Source of the DNA: Chara braunii
Lineage: Eukaryota; Plantae; Charophyceae
DNA: 62,853 nt
Assembly: GCA_003427395.1 (NCBI GenBank)
Contig: BFEA01000002.1
Coordinates: 7,722,861 to 7,785,713, forward strand
Direction: 5' to 3'
Shown piece after piece: positions 58,790-62,853 of the stretch; the first letter of the stretch is position 1, and each line of letters opens with the position of its first letter. A model generated the notes under the pieces. The model saw only the letters and a program-made list of their open reading frames with translations. It searched no databases and was not told the DNA's origin. The position numbers were made by a program, and so were the translations under genes.

Positions 58790-59833
58790 NNNNNNNNNNN
58801 NNNNNNNNNNNNNNNNNNNNNNNNNNNNNNNNNNNNNNNNNNNNNNNNNNNNNNNNNNNNNNNNNNNNNNNNNNNNNNNNNNNNNNNNNNNNNNNNNNNN
58901 NNNNNNNNNNNNNNNNNNNNNNNNNNNNNNNNNNNNNNNNNNNNNNNNNNNNNNNNNNNNNNNNNNNNNNNNNNNNNNNNNNNNNNNNNNNNNNNNNNNN
59001 NNNNNNNNNNNNNNNNNNNNNNNNNNNNNNNNNNNNNNNNNNNNNNNNNNNNNNNNNNNNNNNNNNNNNNNNNNNNNNNNNNNNNNNNNNNNNNNNNNNN
59101 NNNNNNNNNNNNNNNNNNNNNNNNNNNNNNNNNNNNNNNNNNNNNNNNNNNNNNNNNNNNNNNNNNNNNNNNNNNNNNNNNNNNNNNNNNNNNNNNNNNN
59201 NNNNNNNNNNNNNNNNNNNNNNNNNNNNNNNNNNNNNNNNNNNNNNNNNNNNNNNNNNNNNNNNNNNNNNNNNNNNNNNNNNNNNNNNNNNNNNNNNNNN
59301 NNNNNNNNNNNNNNNNNNNNNNNNNNNNNNNNNNNNNNNNNNNNNNNNNNNNNNNNNNNNNNNNNNNNNNNNNNNNNNNNNNNNNNNNNNNNNNNNNNNN
59401 NNNNNNNNNNNNNNNNNNNNNNNNNNNNNNNNNNNNNNNNNNNNNNNNNNNNNNNNNNNNNNNNNNNNNNNNNNNNNNNNNNNNNNNNNNNNNNNNNNNN
59501 NNNNNNNNNNNNNNNNNNNNNNNNGTTTATCGCCTGCACCTGACCCCGTATAAAGGTTAGACTCAAGGTCACCGGAGTCCCTATCATCCAGGAGTCCTTC
59601 AAGCTGCCTTGAGTGTAGCCTGTGTATCATAAGGAGGAAAATAGCATACATACATCATAAAGCAATTGACATTGACAAAATGAAAAGACCAGAAACCAGA
59701 CTCTGCAAGAGCATGACCAGATATACAAGACTGAAGAGTAGTATACAGAGTATACAGGGAGCATCCATCGGAGGGTTGCAGTCACTAATAAATAATAATG
59801 TCGTAATACATCATAGTGACTGAAGAGAGAACC

Positions 59834-60271
59834 TCAATCAATGATAATAAGTGGTACCCCCTCGTGAGTAGGTGCTGCTGTTTGGGCCTCCATGTCTGGC
59901 ACCTCGTCATTGAGAACCTGCGTGGCTATCGACTTTGGAACCACGTAGCTGATGTCGAGGGGCGCTGCTGGATCAATCTTGCAGATATAAGCCATGCATC
60001 TCGCCATCTCCTCGTCTGCAACGCTCCTGAGATAAAGCTCCTCCGCAAGGATAATGTTGCCTGTAGCTCCAATCAATATCTCAATCCGTCCTCTCCCACC
60101 AGAGTAGATGTAGGATACCTCGAGGAAACGGTCTCCGTAAAGAGGCTTTCGATAAGCCTCCATAGCAAAATCTGTCCCTACCAAATGACTATAGCCATCT
60201 CCGAGGTATGGGACCGGACCCTCCCCTCTTGGGGGACCAATAACTGTCTCAGACCTAGGGTCATCTGACAT
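59834..60271 (-). CDS. Hypothetical protein (probably repeat-borne)
   Basis: ATG 60271 to stop 59834, complex sequence, no recognised domain. Confidence 0.4.
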   Translation of the reverse strand: MSDDPRSETVIGPPRGEGPVPYLGDGYSHLVGTDFAMEAYRKPLYGDRFLEVSYIYSGGRGRIEILIGATGNIILAEELYLRSVADEEMARCMAYICKIDPAAPLDISYVVPKSIATQVLNDEVPDMEAQTAAPTHEGVPLIIID

Positions 60272-60388
60272 GTAGGAGTCAATCACCCTCAAGAAGATAC
60301 CGTGCAAGAAGATGTGCGATCCTCCTCAATGTCGCTCTCCGACGTCTCCGCTCACTGGTCTCCAGCGCTCCTGTCGCTATTCACAAAC

Positions 60389-60952
60389 TCAACCCCTGTG
60401 AGTGTCCCAGTCGAAATAATCGCTAAGATCAAGGTCACTCACAGAGCAGGGCTCCAAATCCGACTCATCTGTCTCTGATTTCGGGGCACATGTAGTGATT
60501 GGGACTCCAGATCTGGTTAGCTCTCTCTGGATCCGGCCGTCCTTCCGCCTCTTCTCCTTGCTGCGGGGCTCACTAAGGGGCTTGGGGTTGCATCCGTCAA
60601 AATCGAAGAGCACACCCCCAGGTGTTGAAGGTACGCGAGGAAGCACCACGTGTAGCCAGTTGTCCCTCCAATAGCTCTCCCTGTGAAATATGTAATCCAC
60701 AATCCTGTCGTATGTGGTGCCCTTCACTCCCGTTTCTGCCCCCTTCACCGAGTAGGTGATCACGAGCGTGTGTCTCGAAGTCGAGGACTTATTAGCCCTG
60801 ATAGTGAAACTCTGATGTCCGACATATCTGTAGCAGAACCTCTCAATCAATCTACCCCACTTAGGGGTAGTTTCACGACGTCGGGCCAACTTGGATGGAG
60901 TGCACGCTCTCACTAATGCAAATACTCCCTCCAAGACCTGGCCGGATAGCAA
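60389..60952 (-). CDS. Hypothetical protein or remnant (no ATG start), probably repeat-borne
   Basis: 187 open codons of complex sequence with an acidic tail. Confidence 0.4.
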   Translation of the reverse strand: MLSGQVLEGVFALVRACTPSKLARRRETTPKWGRLIERFCYRYVGHQSFTIRANKSSTSRHTLVITYSVKGAETGVKGTTYDRIVDYIFHRESYWRDNWLHVVLPRVPSTPGGVLFDFDGCNPKPLSEPRSKEKRRKDGRIQRELTRSGVPITTCAPKSETDESDLEPCSVSDLDLSDYFDWDTHRG

Positions 60953-60984
60953 TCAGCAACTCAAAGTGAAGGCCTGTTTTAATG

Positions 60985-61268
60985 GCCTGACTGCAACTCG
61001 ATATAGGGCAAGCCTGAATGAGCCCGGCTGAACGGCAACTCAATATAAAGCCCGCCTGAATAAGCCCGACTGAACAGCAGCTATCTCAGAAGAAATGGTC
61101 CGCCTGAAGGGGTCTGGTTGAAAACTGCAACAATCTTGAGAGGTGGGCCCGCCTGAAGGGGCCCAACTGAACAACAATAATCTCAAGTAGGCCCGCTTGA
61201 AGGGCCCGGCTGAACAGCAACAATCTCAAGTAGGCCCGCCTGAAGGGCCCGGCTGAACAGCAACTGAT
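60985..61268. repeat. ~43-bp tandem array
   Basis: ggcccgcctgaagggcccggctgaacagcaacaatctcaagta units. Confidence 0.85.
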
Positions 61269-61472
61269 CAATAGAACATCTCATGCACACGGACCAACCA
61301 CTAATGCTGAATGTACTGGGGCTAGACTGAGCCAGGTCATCTGTGCAGGGACTGAACTGCCAATGCTCCCCGTGCAAGGGGAAATATCACGTGCATGAGG
61401 TGTTGCTGATCAGCAAGGAAATAGATCAACGGGTGCGTGAAGGCAAATCATCCCATCTAGCAACCCTATGCT

Positions 61473-62197
61473 CGGGCGCACATGGGCTCGCACTCAAACG
61501 GCAATAACCAGCCTGGGCGCACACATCCAGCGCAAGTGCACATGGGCGCATACTCAAATAACTATATCCAGCTTGGGCGCACATGGGCGCACACTCAAAT
61601 AGCAATATCCAGCCTGGTCGCACACGGTCGCGCGTTCTAACGACGATGTCGAGCTTGGGCGCGCATGGGCGCGCACTCTAACTGCAATGCCAGGCTTGGG
61701 CGCGCACGGACGCGCATTCTAACTGCAATGCCAAGCTTGGGCGCGCACGGGCGCGCACGGGCGCGCACTCTAACTGCAATGCCAAACTTGGGCGCGCACG
61801 GGCGCGCACTCTAACTGCTATGTCAAGCTTGGACGCGCATGGGCACGCACTCTTGGGGGCGCACGGGCGCGCACTCTAACTGCAATGCCCAGCTTGGGCG
61901 TGTACGGGCGCGCACTCTAACTGCTATGTAAAGCTTGGGCGCGCATGGGCGCGCACTTAAAATATAATATCTGGTCGAGGCGCGCGTGGGCGCGCACTTA
62001 AAAATAATATCTGGTTTGGGAGTGCACTTAAAAATAATATCTGGTCTGGGCTCGCGCGGGCGCACACTTAAAATATAATATCTGGTCTGGGCGTGCGCGG
62101 GCGCACACTTAAAATATAATATCTGGTCTGGGCTCGCGCGGGTGCACACTTAAAGTATAATATCTGGTCTGGGCTTGCGCGGGCGCACACTTAAAAT
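61473..62197. repeat. ~41-bp tandem array in successive subfamilies
   Basis: gggcgcgcacgggcgcgcac-tctaactgcaatgccaagctt units, then gggctcgcgcgggcgcacac-ttaaaatataatatctggtct units. Confidence 0.9.
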
Positions 62198-62509
62198 TAA
62201 TATTCTTGTCGCATGCTCAATCTGTCGGTCAATCGATCTTTGCTTACTGTTTACAATTTTGACGATCGGTCAAACAGGATATCCATATGCGTCCAATTGA
62301 AATGGATATTTGTGCTTCGGGTCTAAAATCGGTCATGCATGGCTCTCTGATTTAGTGCTCAGTCGAAGTACCTTCGGCGCAGTTGAGACTGATTCTGCTC
62401 AACTGAAAATAGCTCTCAGATATGGTGTGCTTACTGCACACCGTTGCAGATAACGCAAAATTGAGGAATGTCCCTCACTCATGATGCGCACACGGCGCAC
62501 AATTGTGAA

Positions 62510-62853
62510 ATAGCACGAATGACTCTTGCGAATAGCACTGTTCAGAAATGGCTCTTGCGAATAACACTGTTCAGAAAACGCTCTTGCGAATAGCACTGTT
62601 CAGAAATGGCTCTTGCGAATAGCATTGTTCAGAAATAGCACTTGCGAATAGCACTGTTTAAAAATGACTCTTGCGAATAGCACAATGCTCTGAAATGACA
62701 CTTGCGAATAACACTGTTCAGAAATAGCACTTGCGAATAGCACTGTTCAGAAAAGGCTCTTGCGAATAGCACTGTTCAGAAATGGCTCTTGCGAATAGCA
62801 CTGTTCAGAAATAGCACTTGCGAATAGCACTGTTCAGAAATGGCTTTTGCGAA
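62510..62853. repeat. 29-bp tandem array running off the window end
   Basis: ctcttgcgaatagcactgttcagaaatgg units. Confidence 0.95.

Noticed and set aside
61473-62853. CRISPR-like repeat/spacer array
   Set aside because: The variable halves are related to each other and change gradually; there are no unique spacers or cas genes, so this is a tandem repeat

Overview
Repeat-rich eukaryotic scaffold window with several N gaps. The plant-type ATG9 and U6, long introns, homopolymer runs and low-complexity proteins fit a streptophyte green alga such as Chara (inference only). Host genes: the last four exons of ATG9 (+, 170-8496) and an intronless 8.4-kb ORF (47546-55960, +) encoding a hugely expanded, divergent DDB1-like triple beta-propeller protein. 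The centre is a 12.8-kb degenerate Ty3/Gypsy element (25962-38808; ~2.4-kb LTRs, 4-bp AGGA TSD, tRNA-iMet PBS). It has a PHD-like finger between RNase H and integrase, two extra ORFs after integrase, and a circle-junction-like sequence where the PPT should be. An intact type III hammerhead ribozyme lies at 45816-45868. Related hammerhead copies sit in (AT)n in an ATG9 intron, one starting essentially at the cleavage site. A Penelope-type GIY-YIG remnant lies at ~42.9 kb. Together these suggest a ribozyme-processed, Penelope-mobilised RNA family. Also present: U6 retrocopies, tRNA-derived SINE heads, three MITE families, a PIF/Harbinger derivative, a Nextera adapter artefact, and a right-end block of two orphan ORFs, four tandem arrays and a hairpin cluster.
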